From contig OU015569.1 in assembly GCA_907165135.1 (NCBI GenBank), positions 5,890,001-5,954,000 of the forward strand: a stretch of DNA of 64,000 nucleotides, read 5' to 3'. The notes under the pieces were generated by a model. That model worked only from the letters and a program-made list of their open reading frames with translations. It did no database searches and was not told the origin of the DNA. The translations under genes and the position numbers were made by a program. The stretch is from Oikopleura dioica (Eukaryota; Animalia; Chordata). Positions 37,477 to 54,637 of this stretch are shown piece by piece (position 1 is the stretch's first letter; each line of letters begins with the position of its first letter).

Positions 37477-37926
37477 ATTCTATTTGCTTAAATATCCTCC
37501 GAATCTCATTCGTAGCGACATGTTTGAAAGAACAAAAGCTGCTTTATGCGACCCATAAAACAATAAAAATTCAATAAAAATCAGAAATAAATTAATCAGA
37601 TAATTTTCAAAATAAATAATAGAGAAAAGTGCTGTGGTTTCAGTATATAAATGGAGGATAAGTTTGAAACTGCTTGACTTCCGTGGGAATCGCCCGTGAG
37701 CGTTCACAGGCTGTGTTTTACGCCAATCCGAGGGCCTGAAGGTTTTCGCGAAGAGAAATTGAGACCGTAAAATATTATTCTTTTGAGGTAGGGTGTTATA
37801 TTATTGGAGGCAGAATGCCTATGCTTGTTTCAGGTGCCACCAGCAAAGGGCGCCACCAGCTGACAGAACGACAGGAAACGCCTTCCACTCCCACAAATTA
37901 AAATATCGATCAGAAAGAGAATCACC

Positions 37927-39228
37927 ATGGACTTTTACAAAAACAAACGACAGCAAGATTCACAGTTATATATGTGTAATGATCATACTCTGCCTGAGCG
38001 CACATTTTGTGTCAATCGGGACGAAGACGAGGAAGAATTTAGCTCGTTCGGCTCATTTGAGCGTTCTCACGATTCATCTGGCATAGCTTCAGAGGATTCC
38101 TATGGGGACCAAAACTACTATCGATCAGAAGAGAGCTTGGATAAATTAGAGATTACTGCCGCCGATGACGATTCTCAGAGTTCCAAGAGAACTGTTTGGG
38201 TGGAACCAGCTCCGGAGACAACTGAAAATGTCGTCCGACTAGGACCTTGGTCAAAAAAGAATACTAAGCACGTGAAAATTACTTCCCCGAAAAAAGGGAC
38301 TTTACGCCTTGTGACAAACTACCAAATCCGCCATATCGACGTGAAAAAATTAGAATTCAAGAAGACTATTGTAAATGAAGATGTCGAAGAGCAAGATCCG
38401 CAAACTGATGTAAAAGCTAAGCTTGCAGCAGTCAGGAAAGCTAAGAAAGAAAAAAAGGTTTACGACTACTTACAGAGCTCTGCAGAAAGTGACATTGAAA
38501 GTACAAGAAGCTCCGAAGGAGAATTCAAAATTGTAGACAGCCTTTCAAGCAATGAAAATGAAGAAAGGAGAGATAATAAACGGACTAGCTCGACCGCCAG
38601 CGGAGAACATAATTTGCCATCTTCGAAGAAACAGCGAATGATTTTAGTAGATTACTATGCTAGTCCAACTCCCGGAAAGGTCACTCAAGTAAAACAATCT
38701 GAACCAGAACTGCGCAAAGTGGGTGTTCAAGAAAACAAATCGGATCAGCAGACAACTGTAAATCCTCGAGCCAACAGAAATTCTCCAGAGCAGAGTGACA
38801 AAGCAGAAAAGTCTGAAGAACTCACTCATAAAGATTTGGTGAAATTCGAATTCAACATACACTTTTCACTTCATAAAGCAACTACGGCTAGCTACAAGAT
38901 TGATTTCTGCGTGAAAACCGCTGCATCTTGCATTCGCGGCTCCAAAGAGTTCGAAGAGTATCTCAAAGCTCGACGCAAAGAAGTAAAATCAAAATTCCGC
39001 CAGATGAATCGAGAGGGAAAAACTGCTCTTCTTCTGGCAGAGAGCTGCTTATTGAAAGTCTGCGAGAAGATTCAGCGGAGTAAAAATGATCAAATTCTTT
39101 CTGACAGGACATTTCTGTCCGAGGTGGAGTCGCTAAAAAGTTCTATTGCGGCTCAAGAATTGTACGAAACAAGAAAAGGCAATTTTATAAACATTGTTGC
39201 GCCGCAGCTGAAACCTAAATCCGGATAA
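37927..39228 (+). CDS. Intronless orphan protein (433 aa): charged disordered N-terminus plus C-terminal ~126-aa domain
   Basis: Long uninterrupted ORF whose C-terminal domain aligns without gaps to the neighbouring ORF 39853-40368. Confidence 0.75.
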   Translation: MDFYKNKRQQDSQLYMCNDHTLPERTFCVNRDEDEEEFSSFGSFERSHDSSGIASEDSYGDQNYYRSEESLDKLEITAADDDSQSSKRTVWVEPAPETTENVVRLGPWSKKNTKHVKITSPKKGTLRLVTNYQIRHIDVKKLEFKKTIVNEDVEEQDPQTDVKAKLAAVRKAKKEKKVYDYLQSSAESDIESTRSSEGEFKIVDSLSSNENEERRDNKRTSSTASGEHNLPSSKKQRMILVDYYASPTPGKVTQVKQSEPELRKVGVQENKSDQQTTVNPRANRNSPEQSDKAEKSEELTHKDLVKFEFNIHFSLHKATTASYKIDFCVKTAASCIRGSKEFEEYLKARRKEVKSKFRQMNREGKTALLLAESCLLKVCEKIQRSKNDQILSDRTFLSEVESLKSSIAAQELYETRKGNFINIVAPQLKPKSG

Positions 39229-39852
39229 CTTACGTGGCTACACATATTCTCGCTCATTGAAACTGACACTCAAAGCTAATAAATTCATTGAAAAAGTCAA
39301 TTGTTGCATTATTTGGTTGCTTACGTGCTTGTATTTGCTCCATTTCCGCAGCGCTAGTTTTATAATCTTTACTAAATTTTTATTTGACCTTGTCTCAGGG
39401 CAGGAACTGTTTTGCCGTTCTGCCCCAATGCCGTTTTGCCCGTTTTGCCATGTCTGAGAGACAGTGTTTGATGAACTGAAAATGAAAATTCTGCAGTTTT
39501 TCGAGAATAAGAAATCTTTTCAAAACTTTTTTCCTCTAGGCACAGAATATTTTCAAACGGAAGAGAAAAAGGTATTGATACAAAAATATGCTTCAAATCA
39601 GAAAAGTATACGAGGTATCATATACCATATTTATTATACATACACTATACGTATAGGTGTAGGTTATAAAATATATTTATCAAAAATATTCAATTTCTGA
39701 GTAATTAGTTTTTAGTCATTAGGAACTCAAAAAGGGAGGGATTTTCAGATGATTATGGATAATTGAGTGTGAGAGGGTTTTCAATAGCGACGTGGGGTAG
39801 CTGCTAGGACAAGATGTTTTTATGAGTTTTTGAGCTTAAATATGGCCCAGCA

Positions 39853-40368
39853 ATGCTTTTTAGAGACAAAAATAAGTTTATGGCATCGACTAAGACTCCC
39901 GAAGAAACTCAAGATGAAGCCATAATTGTTAGCGAAGAGGAGAAGCTATTGACAAAGCTCGAGTTCAATCTTTGCTTCTCGCTTCACAAGTGTGACGTTA
40001 GAAAACTGAACGGAGACTTCTGCGTGAGAACAGCTGCAAGCTGCGTTCGAAACTCAGAAATTTTTCAAAATCATCTGAAGAAAAGACTGGCAGAAGTGCG
40101 CGCTAAATTCAAGCAAATGAACAAGGATGGAAGAACTGCTGAAGTCGTGGCAGAGAGCAAGCTTCTTCGAATCTGTGAGCAAATAGCTGCTAGTAAAGAC
40201 GACAGCATCTTCAATAATATCGCATTTCGAGCACTTGTGCATTCTTGGAGAACTTCGCCCGCTTCAAAAGACATTTACGAGACTAGAAAACAGATTTACA
40301 AAGACATCGTCGCTCCGGAATTGAATAAGATCTACCGTCGTATGAAAGAAAACACTGAAAAGAGTTAA
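39853..40368 (+). CDS. Intronless orphan protein (171 aa), tandem paralog of 37927-39228
   Basis: Shared motifs EFNxxFSLHK, DFCVxTAASC, KFxQMNxxGxTA, AESxLLxxCE, YETRK and IVAPxL. Confidence 0.75.
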   Translation: MLFRDKNKFMASTKTPEETQDEAIIVSEEEKLLTKLEFNLCFSLHKCDVRKLNGDFCVRTAASCVRNSEIFQNHLKKRLAEVRAKFKQMNKDGRTAEVVAESKLLRICEQIAASKDDSIFNNIAFRALVHSWRTSPASKDIYETRKQIYKDIVAPELNKIYRRMKENTEKS

Positions 40369-40641
40369 ATTACTGCCAAGCTTATTTTTTCAAACTGAAA
40401 ACAATATGCTTCTTGAAGAATCTGATGATTCATAAAATTCTCTCGGAATAAAACTATCTGCTATGCATTTATATGATGAGAATTATGGCATCGTATATAC
40501 GCTCATTAAAGGATGGCCTTGAGGGAAGCAAAGTATTGATATACGGATGTGTTTTATGACTCTTCTTATGACTTTGTCTCCGTACGGCGGAGGTTTACGA
40601 TTGAGCAGACAAATGAGAGAAACTCTTAATTGGGAAGAACG

Positions 40642-41629
40642 ATGAGATTGTCATTATTTCTAGGTTTCGGGCGTTTGAAATTAATCAGACTGGACTGTTC
40701 TAAAAATTATTAATCAAATTAGAATTCACACTCTAGAGTCTAGAGTGACTCTAGACGGAAAAATCCGTCCGTCAAAGGCATAACTGGTTCTGCATTTGCT
40801 CTTGAAGAAGATAAACTTGGTTGGATCGGCCAAATAAAAAAGTCGTTCCTAGAAGAACTGCCTCAATATGGAGAGGACGATGTACCAGGAAAATTGGAGT
40901 ACCACAGAGAGGCAACTTCGATGAGAAGACCGACTTGGGCACACTGGTCGGAGTGGGGCGAATGCTACAGGTTGCTATAGGTCGATTTTGATGTTTCCAA
41001 AAATAAGCTTAGAGAGTCAAATACGTGGTGTTTGGGCTGGCACGCCCGGCGACGTGATTGCTACGGTCCAAGTGGCATTGTTTCGTTTGATAAGGTTGTG
41101 CTTATCATATTTCTGCAGGTACTCATTATTCTTTTAAGGTACTATCGGAAGAATATGAAGGAGTGCTATTCGATCAAGATACAGTTTGCGGCGCCCCTCG
41201 AAAATCGTTCAGGAAGAGTGGTTACGTTGACGAATTGCTTGACTTTATTTATCGTAAACGACACTCCTATTAAGCTGGTCAAATGAAGTTATTGAAGGGC
41301 CCATTCGAACGTGGGAAAATAAAACTTGCCACGATAGAGTCTGCAGTAAGATACATTTACAAGACAGCAATCTGTAATATTTTCAGTGATCGCGTACACA
41401 CAAATTCCTCTATGGGGAGTTGTTTCCATCGCGATGGCAATTGGCGTTGTTTGGGAAATCGTCGAAACTATGAAGTACAATCTAACAATTCCTTTCAAAA
41501 TTATAAGCTCTAACTAGGCGATATTACCGTTATAAGTACGAGGGACGTCCGGGTCATCCCTACGCAAATATGGGAAAAGCGATTCTCTACAAATTTCTGC
41601 CCTGTCTGAAGCCGACGCCGAAATATTGA
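40642..41629 (+). CDS. Small single-pass membrane protein with a TSP1-like motif
   Basis: Signal peptide MRLSLFL|GITGSAFA; WAHWSEWGEC..C..HARRRDC; TM IPLWGVVSIAMAIGVVWEIV; short tail ending PTPKY*. Confidence 0.55.
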
Positions 41630-42564
41630 AAAACGTTAATTATTGCATATTTTGCGGCCCTGATGATTATTTAAGAATTAAATGATAAATTACAATCAAT
41701 CCGTCACAGACAGTTTCAATACTTTTCATTATTTATTCCAGTGTTGTAATGCAAAAAAAAAACTTGAATTGGCCTTGAGTAGCGAGTGAATTCGCGCAAG
41801 TTCACTTCCCGGTCTGGCTGTGGTGATGCGAGATCCAGGAAGCGCCTTCGCGAATAGAAGATTTAGTAGAACTACAGTTTTTGAAGGAGCAATTCAAAAT
41901 AGAAGCATTTTCCGAACGTTGTTTTAAACGGAGTAGGTGGACATTCGGAAATAAACTTGATTATACAATTGAAGTTTAGTCTTGTCGGATTTCATGATTG
42001 GCTAGAGATTTTATAGGAAGGTGTCAATTATCCAGGCTATTTAGATTTTAGGTAATTTTGGTCGAGATAGAAGTTTCGGATACATAAAGGAGATGTGTCT
42101 TTTGACGCTCCGGCAGAAGAGTAAATATTGCAGTATATCTCGGTGAAAACAACAACGAGCTGTGTTTTGAATGGATGGCCGCACGTGAGGAGTTAAGTGG
42201 AGTAGAAGGAGTTTAACATGCAAAATATTACTTTTGAGACAGAGTAGCGGGCATTATTTGTTTTTTCATTTATGAGTTGTCGTTGTAGATATTCAGTGGG
42301 GAATTCGGAGTATACTGGAGTTGAGTGGTTTAAGGTTCAGAATAAATAGAGAAACTGTTTAAAGAGAAGCATAATTGCGAGTGCTCACCTAGTGGAAGTC
42401 AGGCGCCACCTGCCAAATAAAAAAAAAAGGAAAAACGAAACGAAAAATAGAGCGCTAGAACTTGAAGAACGCCTCGATAGTTGAAGCAGTTGAGCAAGCG
42501 CCTTGTCATCCCCTATGATGGGTATATATCGGATGTTTTGGTGAAGAGTGGCGTAGTGAGTGTT

Positions 42565-46238
<3,674 letters not shown>

Positions 46239-48057
46239 GGTGGCAGTGACCGATGACCGACCGTTCCAGCGTCAGTCTGAAAAAACGATCGTTACTTCAA
46301 TTCTTGATGCTCTGTCTCGCAGTTAAAGAAATATGAGGCTTCTCTCGCTGACGGGAAAGTGAACCGTTGTACATAATGTATCTCACAATAGCTTAATTCT
46401 GCCCCGATCTTGCAAAAAAAAAAAGAAGAATCATCTTTCGGGCCATGTGTATAATAAATAAGAGGATGGGCGATAATTTAAGTCCATATTATTGAAATAA
46501 CCTTGCATAATCATAAGTTGAAATTGTTTGAAAACAAGTCTGTGGAATGAATTTTTGAACGAAGAGCAAAAAGTAACATCGCATGCGGATCTCGGTAAAG
46601 ATAGCGGCTTTTGATTTTCATTATTGATTCTCTGTTAGAAAGAAAAAATTCGATTGACAGGGTAGTAGATGTTTACGCAGCGAAAACGAGTTAAAAATTG
46701 AAAGAGTCGAACATATGTTTAAAAAAGTGCAGTGCGACAATAAATGAAAGCACAGCTCAACTTTGGCTCAATAAAACAAACCTAGATATGCAGCGTTATA
46801 AAAACTTATTAAAAATTCATGTTCCTGGGAGAATATGGCCGGAGAATTGTTGCGGGAAGAGATTCACTTTGTTTTTCTAATTTTAAACTAATGAATAAGA
46901 AATGATCTCCACAAACGAGAGCAAATATCTCGTTTTTAACAAGTTCCAATATAACAAGTATTTTTTATTCGATCGTAGTTTTTTTTTCTTCTCAAAACTG
47001 GAGCTCTCAAAAAATATCGCTCTCTCCCTCTCTCTCTTTTTCATTTTTTTCTCTGTCTCTCGTTTGCTTTACGCCTTTTTACAAGCGCGTGTCTGAAATT
47101 CAAAATTTGAATCTTCCTCGTTTGCTCTATCGGCTCTTAAACTTTTCCCTCTCTCAAAAAAAAAACGCAAACAGGGCTAGCGACCCAAAAAAAAAACGGT
47201 TTTGCTGCAACAGGAGCGGGCAGCCGATCAATCGAGTCGATCGCCACTTGACCAGGAGCCGATCTCTCTTGCCCGCTTCAGCGCGTCCTCCGTCTGCCAC
47301 ATTTCAACCTTCCAATTCCAGTTAAATTAATGAACGCTAAGCGTGATAAACTTTTAGCGAGGCAAAAGTTCAAAAAGGAAATAGATTGGTTTTTTTCGGT
47401 CTGGCAGACTGATGAGCTTTTTGAACGCAAATAGTCGCTGCACGGTTCTCTTCCTTGATTCCGAAGAAGGGGCTCTGGTGTATTTTTTTCTTTGGAAAAG
47501 TGTCACAATAGTTTTTGGAAAATAAGAATTGTGCCCGATTCGACAGGGTTTGGGCGATCTGGGCTGGAAAGAGCGTGGGCAAGGCGGGATCTCTTGGGAG
47601 AGGGCCGTCGACAGAACAATTCTCTTTTTTGATTTCTCAACCGTCATTCGCAGTACGATGCTTTTGACTTGAATAATGAAACGAATGTGACTCCAAGTCT
47701 CAGCAAATCCATTTCGTTTGCTTCGCTACATTTTAAAATGTCTTTCTAGCGAATTTCTTGAACAAATTCTAGTCCTAACCAGACGATAAATTGTCATCTT
47801 CGGTCAGACTATTTAATCGATAAGTTTGTTTTTCTAAATAATCTAATCAATAAGTTGCAACAAGCAATTAAATGCGAAAAATGAAAAATGGCCATCAATC
47901 AATACGAACTTCTCAAATATTCGACCGACGCAGCTTGATGCGAGCCCCTGCCGCTTATTTTCACACGAAGGGAAGAAGTCCTTTCTTGGGTATTCCCTTT
48001 TAAAACTAGCCATCGTAAAAATATATCACTCAAATAAAATTCCAGATCTGCTCAAAT

Positions 48058-48990
48058 ATGGCGTCATTTATTTCTGATTTCGCTGGATTATTAAGCAGCG
48101 CCGTTTCGCTGGTCATCGGGCAGTAAATTATGATTATAAAAGAATATGCAGGCGGTCGAGGAAGAGCCATTATTGAGAAAATGTTGGTCCTAAATGAGAG
48201 CTACAACGACCCTTCTTTCTCAGTTACACCAGGTAGAGAGACGAGCAATCAAATGAATGATAGAGTTACTTTTTCTTCGAAGACTTCTGATTATCAGTAA
48301 ACTTTGCTTCAAATAGGAAACGCAGTACCCTTTTCTTCGAACACCCACCCAAATTATGCGATATGCAAGATCCAGAACGAGCAAGGTTACCACCATGAGT
48401 TTGATACTATGAACGCGCTTGCCTGGGTCGAGTGCTTCTTGCCGGTTTTTCTATGGGTTGGGAATTGTGTTTTCAACGGCGAAGGTGATAGACGATTCAA
48501 ATTAGCTGGAACAGCGCTCTGTGGACTTCTCTCGCTCATTGCCGGGCCAATGTATTTAACTTGGTTTTATCAATGTAAGTTCTGCAAACCTTCATCCACC
48601 AATGCTTTTTAAGGCCCACAAATCGGCTCCAATAAGCCAGTAAAGATGCAAAGGTGCTTCAAAGCGCACGTATCTCTATGTCTAGGCTGTGTCATTCTAG
48701 GCGCGCTCGCTGTTGTCCAGGATCGGAATTAGTTGCAAAAATCTAAATTTCAAAGAAATTCAAAACATATTCCTTGGAAGGTTGTCTTTACGTTCTTAGG
48801 TGTGCTGATGTGCGCTGACTGTAAAGCAGGCTTCCGCCTCAAGGCCCTCTTTGGTGCAATCTTCATGTAAACAAGTAAAACCATAAAAATCATCAACTAA
48901 CGAATTCAATATTTTCCGTAGTTTGCGCATTGGTCACTTTCATTCCTCTTGGATCCGTCGCTCTCGGCTGGAAATACGCATTCGGTGATT
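48058..48990 (+). CDS. Probable multi-pass membrane protein of unknown family; end uncertain
   Basis: ATG exon MASFISDFAG.., hydrophobic segments in ORF 48304-48612 (LAWVECFLPVFLWVG; LAGTALCGLLSLIAGPMYLTWFY), short introns. Confidence 0.35.
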
Positions 48991-51445
48991 GTTTAGGAGT
49001 CATGGAGTCGGAGACTGTTCTTCTCAACTGCCCAAACAATCTTCCCGTCTAGCCTAGCTGATCATCGAAGAACGATTCATAATATTCTATTCTATCTGTC
49101 GAATGATGTTTCTTTAACTGATGATAAATGAATAAAATACCAACAAGAGCGCATAAAATTTTTAAAATTTTAAATGATTTCCTCCGTATTCTTTGTCCCA
49201 GTCCACGCGCTTTGGTAGAATTAGAGCGTCGATTACGCCCTCAAAGTGTTACCGCTCATCCGATTATTCCCGCGTAAGAGTAACAGCTTCTTGGCTTATT
49301 GCAAAAATTTAATGAAAGTGCAATAATTCCCACGTTGGAAAATAGAAAAAAGGCGGTTTATGGAACTTTGTTGTAGAATTTATGAAAGTGCGGTTATTCG
49401 CGTTCCTCGAGATTAAATTCGATAATACAACAAGAGATTATGAGCGGCGCGGTTCCCAGTTAAAACGTACTTATTACTTTTGAAGACGTTTGAGAAGACG
49501 GATCCCCTTCTATTTGGCGAAATCCGATAAGCCCAGTATATCGTTCTTTTCGTTAAACACATTTTCGCTGCGTCTCCATAGAGATGCGCAAATGTATTTG
49601 AACTGGCGTGAGATTCATCAATTTCTCTCTAGCAGCAGAGATAACGATGTTAATTGGCCTCAAGTGTGAATTATTTTGGAAGGTAACATCAAGTTTCTAC
49701 TTCGCGTTCATTAATTCAAGTGAACGCTTGTACATTCAAAAAATATTATTTTTCCATCATCTATAATATATACTTCTATATTATAGATTCTATAAAATAA
49801 TTTTAGAATGGTTTCGACATGAAAATTCCACAAAAAGAGGTAATTTTGAATTAAGAATTGGTCGTAAATGAAAATCATAAGCAAGCGGAAAAGCTTGGCA
49901 ATAATAATACTTCTGATTAAGTTTTGCAAAGTTCTTTGACTGTTTTTCCATTTCTTTGGAAAATGAAATTCTCTAAGCTTATTAAGTGGTTCTTGTTTTC
50001 GGGAGAAACGTTCAAAGCGCTGCGCAGAGAGATCGAGATGCATTTTCAAGTCAAAAGCTTCAGGTGTGATTTCAGACCAAGCTCAAACCAGTTACCCGAT
50101 TATTAAGACTCTACTATTACAACGACGAGGCGCAGGAAATGGCCTAGCAAACATCACCGTTGTTTACGCTTTGTGTAAACAAAACGAGTAGAAAACAGCA
50201 GTCTATCTGCAGGCGCGAATCCATTTGCAAAGCTAATTTTCTGCCGAAACGATGACGACTTAGAAGGTAATTACTAATTTACTAACTAGCTCATTACCAA
50301 TCACTAAACTCTGATAAGGCGGTTTTAACTTCTAGTTTTAATTTTAGAAATGATGAAGCTTGTGGAGCAGCGACGAACGCGACGAAACGCGATAAGAAAG
50401 GTAAACATCCAGCCGCGATCAAAAAATTTGCTGTTTTTATTGGTTATCACTTTGTACTGGTAAACGTTGTTTTCTGTAGCGTGCGCAAAAACCGGCTTGG
50501 TTCCATGACCTGCATCTTATAGGTAGACTAATTTTCGGAAAACAGTTTCATTCAGCGTTTGTTCTTCAGTGAAAGATGCGTATGACATGTTCGATGCTTT
50601 CGATTCCTTGGACCAAAGAGATGCCAAAATGAGAGTTTGATTCTGTAATAAAGCGAGAACTGTATCATTGAAATTTACGCCCAGCCTTACAGTCACCATC
50701 GTGAATGAATAATGAAACAGCTCGAAACAAAGCGGGCAAAAAAACATTTCAAATGCCAAAAATATCGTGACGATGCCATGTCTTGTCGGCTTACTGCTTG
50801 GGTCGATGATTTCTATTTTCATGTTGTAGCTAAGCCAGGCAAGTTTACTCCATGCTTACGCGTCACCCTTCCAGAAAGATTCGATATTGACGCGAACGTG
50901 TTGAATCATCCTAGAAACGTTCACTTCGCTTTTGGGAGGAAGTGACGTCGAAATTGGCACCAAGTGGCTTGTCCCGACCGGTACTAAAACTACCACATCA
51001 GCGGGAGCATAAATAAAAACACGGCAAAAGTGAAACAAGCTTTTTTCGAACGTTCCTCGACAAGTGCTTGAATTGATCAAAATACAACAAACAGATTTCA
51101 ACAATAATTTCGTTGTTAGTAATGATAAGGAATCGAGAATTCGTTGCTTAGAAAAAGGAGAAAAGTTCTAATAAAAATGCAAATGTAACTTCTGATCTGA
51201 AATTGATTAGCATGCGAAATCTTAAGGGCTTACACACGAAGAGCCACTTGCTTTTTTGTTGTGACCATCTTGCAATAAACAAGGTGAGAGCACTAATAAG
51301 AACTTTTTGGTGGAGCAGAAGTAGGTGGCGCGCGGCGGATCACCAAGACCAAGAACGCGCGCAGCGGATCTGTCGAGCAACAAATTTTTGGACTTTTTCT
51401 TCTCCCTAATCTGAAATAAATATTTTGTAAAAAGAGAAAAGTAAA

Positions 51446-54400
51446 ATGAAGCTTGGGCTGACATTTTTGGTGCTTTCGGGTTTATCCGATGCTCAGACGA
51501 AGAAAAGAGGAGGGAAATTCAAGAAGAACAAACAGCAAAAGGAAGAAGCGGCTAGGCTGAAGAGAGAAATAAAAGCGTTTGTTTTGGGTCAATGCGTTAC
51601 TGTGGCCCCTTCGAAGAGGGTTGACTGTGGGTCTGGGCTTTTGATATAGAAATTGTTTTAGCGAGCATCTGATAGGAAATCCGTGATTAACGATTGGCGT
51701 TTGTTTGAATTGAAAGCCCTCTAAAGTTATGAAGGTATCTCGATTGATCGGTGCCAAGCTCGAGGCTGCTGCTGGGACGACGGCGCAGGAAGCAACGTTC
51801 CTTGGTGTTTCCACGGCAAAAGGAGCGGTCATGATTTTCCCGTCTAAGTAACAAAATTTTAATCGGTGGTTGTAGCCTAAACAGAGAACCCTAGAAATTG
51901 CTAAATTATTAGAGCGCGTTTTATTTGCAAGGAAACAGAGAATTAACTCGTTCTGCGGGAAATTAGCTTTCGGAAAAATTGAGATCCAATTACAGTTCAA
52001 TGGATAACGCTGTCGACTTGGCTCGTTTAGTGCCACAGAAGTCAACGTGTTCTGGAGACGCGAAACAGGAACTGGGGACGGACGTGAACAACGCACAATT
52101 GCGGGATCTATTTCGCAGATTATCTCGTTTCACCGATCATAGATTAGCCATTTTTAATGTTTTTAGGATATTTGCAAGCATCGAAATATTCGGAATGTTA
52201 TATTCTGCGAGGGCCAAAAAGATACTCAACCATTAGTTACTTCTTTTCAGCTAAATTGTGAGAGAGTCATTTTCTGGCAACTGTCGTAATGAGTCTGTAA
52301 TTGAGCGTCCAGCTGCAAATTTAAAAAAGGTTCATCCCAGCTAAAGCGCAAAAACTGCGGCTGGAATCGAATAACGCCTCAAGAATGCGAATCGATCGGT
52401 TGCTGCTTCGACGACTCAGTCCCTCGTGTTCCATGGTGCTCATACAAGCAGCCAGATAAAAACCGACCAATTTCGAAACTTACACCGAAAGTTGCTCCAC
52501 TCTTTTGCGAGAAGCCGGACGTGGTCGGAAAGACGGGCTACAATTACGCCTGTACAGATGGATTTAGGCAGGATTCGACGTGCACAATAACCTGCGCTAA
52601 TGGGCTCTCCGGAATGGGACGAGCGTGGAAGATCACGTGCGAAAGCCCGCAGAGAGGATGGATCGGCGAGACTCCATCGTGTGACCGTGAGTGTGATTTT
52701 CCCTTTCGCGCGGCTCATACTGATTTCAGCCGTGTTCAAACTGCCAAGCAAGACGGAACGCTCAATGTCTCGCTCTGTGAAAGCCACTCTCAAGCTACAA
52801 GCGCTTATTCGCCATAGATACATAACCGGTAATTTCCAATAAAAGCAACATTTGAGCGTTTCTCGTTCACGACTTGGTGTTTGGTTAAGAATTGACTTAA
52901 TAACTTTTTCAGCTTCGAAATGCTACTTCCCGCCATCGCCAGCGAACGGAATCAGAACATGCTCACGAGTTGCTTCCGTTTTCCCTGGATCTGGTTATGA
53001 TTATCAGTACGTTTGCACATTTGCATGCGACGAAGGTTATCAGTTACAAGGGGCACAGCAGCGCTCATGTCCAAGCAATTTCGGGAATAAAGCATCTTGG
53101 ACGCACGCTTCTCCTAAATGTGTCAAATATGCTCCTAATACAGGATCAGGCTTCAATTCCATATTTTGAGAATTACTTGAGATATTTTGTTCGAGAAAAA
53201 ATTTATTGAAGACAATTCAAGAATCTCGCTGGTTTGAAAAGAATGCTGGATGCCCAGGACTCGAGCGGCCAGATAGCCGAACGGAGATCAAATGCGAGCC
53301 CAGCCCTGTCTTTGGGAAGTTGAATTGCGAGGCTTCTTGTCCCGCGGAGTTCTTACGAGTAGTAGGTGCTCCTCGCCTTTTCGAGTGCTCCAAGAATCTC
53401 AAAGATCCGCGCCCAATTGTGCCAGTCTGTGCATCTGGGTATTGCAGCAAATTCCCGATGCCAGAGAATGGGACTGTCAACTGCACGAGATCCGAAATGG
53501 ACGGCTCGGTTTGTACCGTTTCATGCAACGGCGGATTCAATTTGATCGGCGAAAAACAATACAGATGCAACAGAGTCAATTGGATGCAGACTTCTAGCAA
53601 CACAAAAATGGAAAACGAGCCTCAGTGTGTATACGAGGAACTCTTTTCTGAGGGCGAATGTTCACTGCGGCGCTCTGCCACGACAAGAATTTTTGGCGGG
53701 TCGGCAGCATCCGAGAAGGATTTCATGATCACAATTCGATACGGGGAGCATTTCAAATGTGGAGGTGTCATGATCGCTGATCAGTGGGCTATTACTGCAG
53801 CCCACTGCGTGCAAGGTAATAAATTGTCGCTTTTTGAAAAGGAGTTATTACTAATAACTCCCTTTCAAAGCCTGGTTTTGATTTGAAATCTAGGTGCATT
53901 TGGACGTATTCACGTTCACCACGACTCACGAAATTCGAAAGACCTCGGCCCGGAAGTGTCTGTCGAGCGCATTGTCACTCATCCAAACTTTAATCGGAGA
54001 TCGCAGCACGATATCGCGCTTATCAAGCTTGTGGAGCCTCTCTCTTCAGCCGACATCGTCTGTCTTCCTGAGCCGGAGTTCAACCTGCCTAACGGAGAAA
54101 TTGTACAAGGTCTGTTGGCTACTCGTCAAGAGTGAAAAACTGATTGTATTTGATAATCATTTAATCTAATTAAAAATTAAGCGTATGGATACGGAAAAAC
54201 GTCATCCTCTTCAGGAAGCCATGCGACGGGACTCCAGATGGGCCGAATCGAGTACATTCCGCCGAGCGAGTGTGGCTTTATTAGAAAACGATTCGACTAT
54301 GAGAATTTATTCTGCGGAATGTCACCAGCTGACACATGCGACGTAAGACCTATGCAAAGGAGACAGTAGCGCATTCTCAACCCCAATAAAATTTCTTTGC

Positions 54401-54637
54401 CACCTCAGCTTGGTTAGCGTTCTAACACACTTTTAGGGCGATTCTGGGGGGCCAGTTCTATTCAGAAGTGGATCAAGTTTCAAACTCGTCGGCATTGTTT
54501 CCTCCGGAATTTGCGAAAGTAAAAATCCAGGTTTGTTTATAAATCATGAGTTAAGTTCCAGAGAAACTTTAGGATTGTACGTGCGCGTGTCGAAATTCAT
54601 CCCCTGGATTCACGAGACGATTTTCTCTCAGCAGTAA
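51446..54637 (+). CDS. Secreted modular trypsin-like serine protease: 2 trefoil (P-type) domains, ~4 sushi/CCP domains, S1 protease domain
   Basis: Trefoils RVDCG|YEGISIDRCQARGCCWDD..VPWCF and RKNCGWNRITPQECESIGCCFDD..VPWCS; sushi repeats; activation site R|IFGG; catalytic TAAHC, HDIAL and DTCD|GDSGGP. Confidence 0.85.

Noticed and set aside
39408-39450. Degenerate GTTTTGCC cluster between the orphan paralogs
   Set aside because: Might be a MITE remnant, but no convincing TIR or TSD was found.
49900-51400. Scattered ORFs and splice-like sites on both strands
   Set aside because: Could not assemble a consistent gene model on either strand; a small gene may exist but is not supportable.
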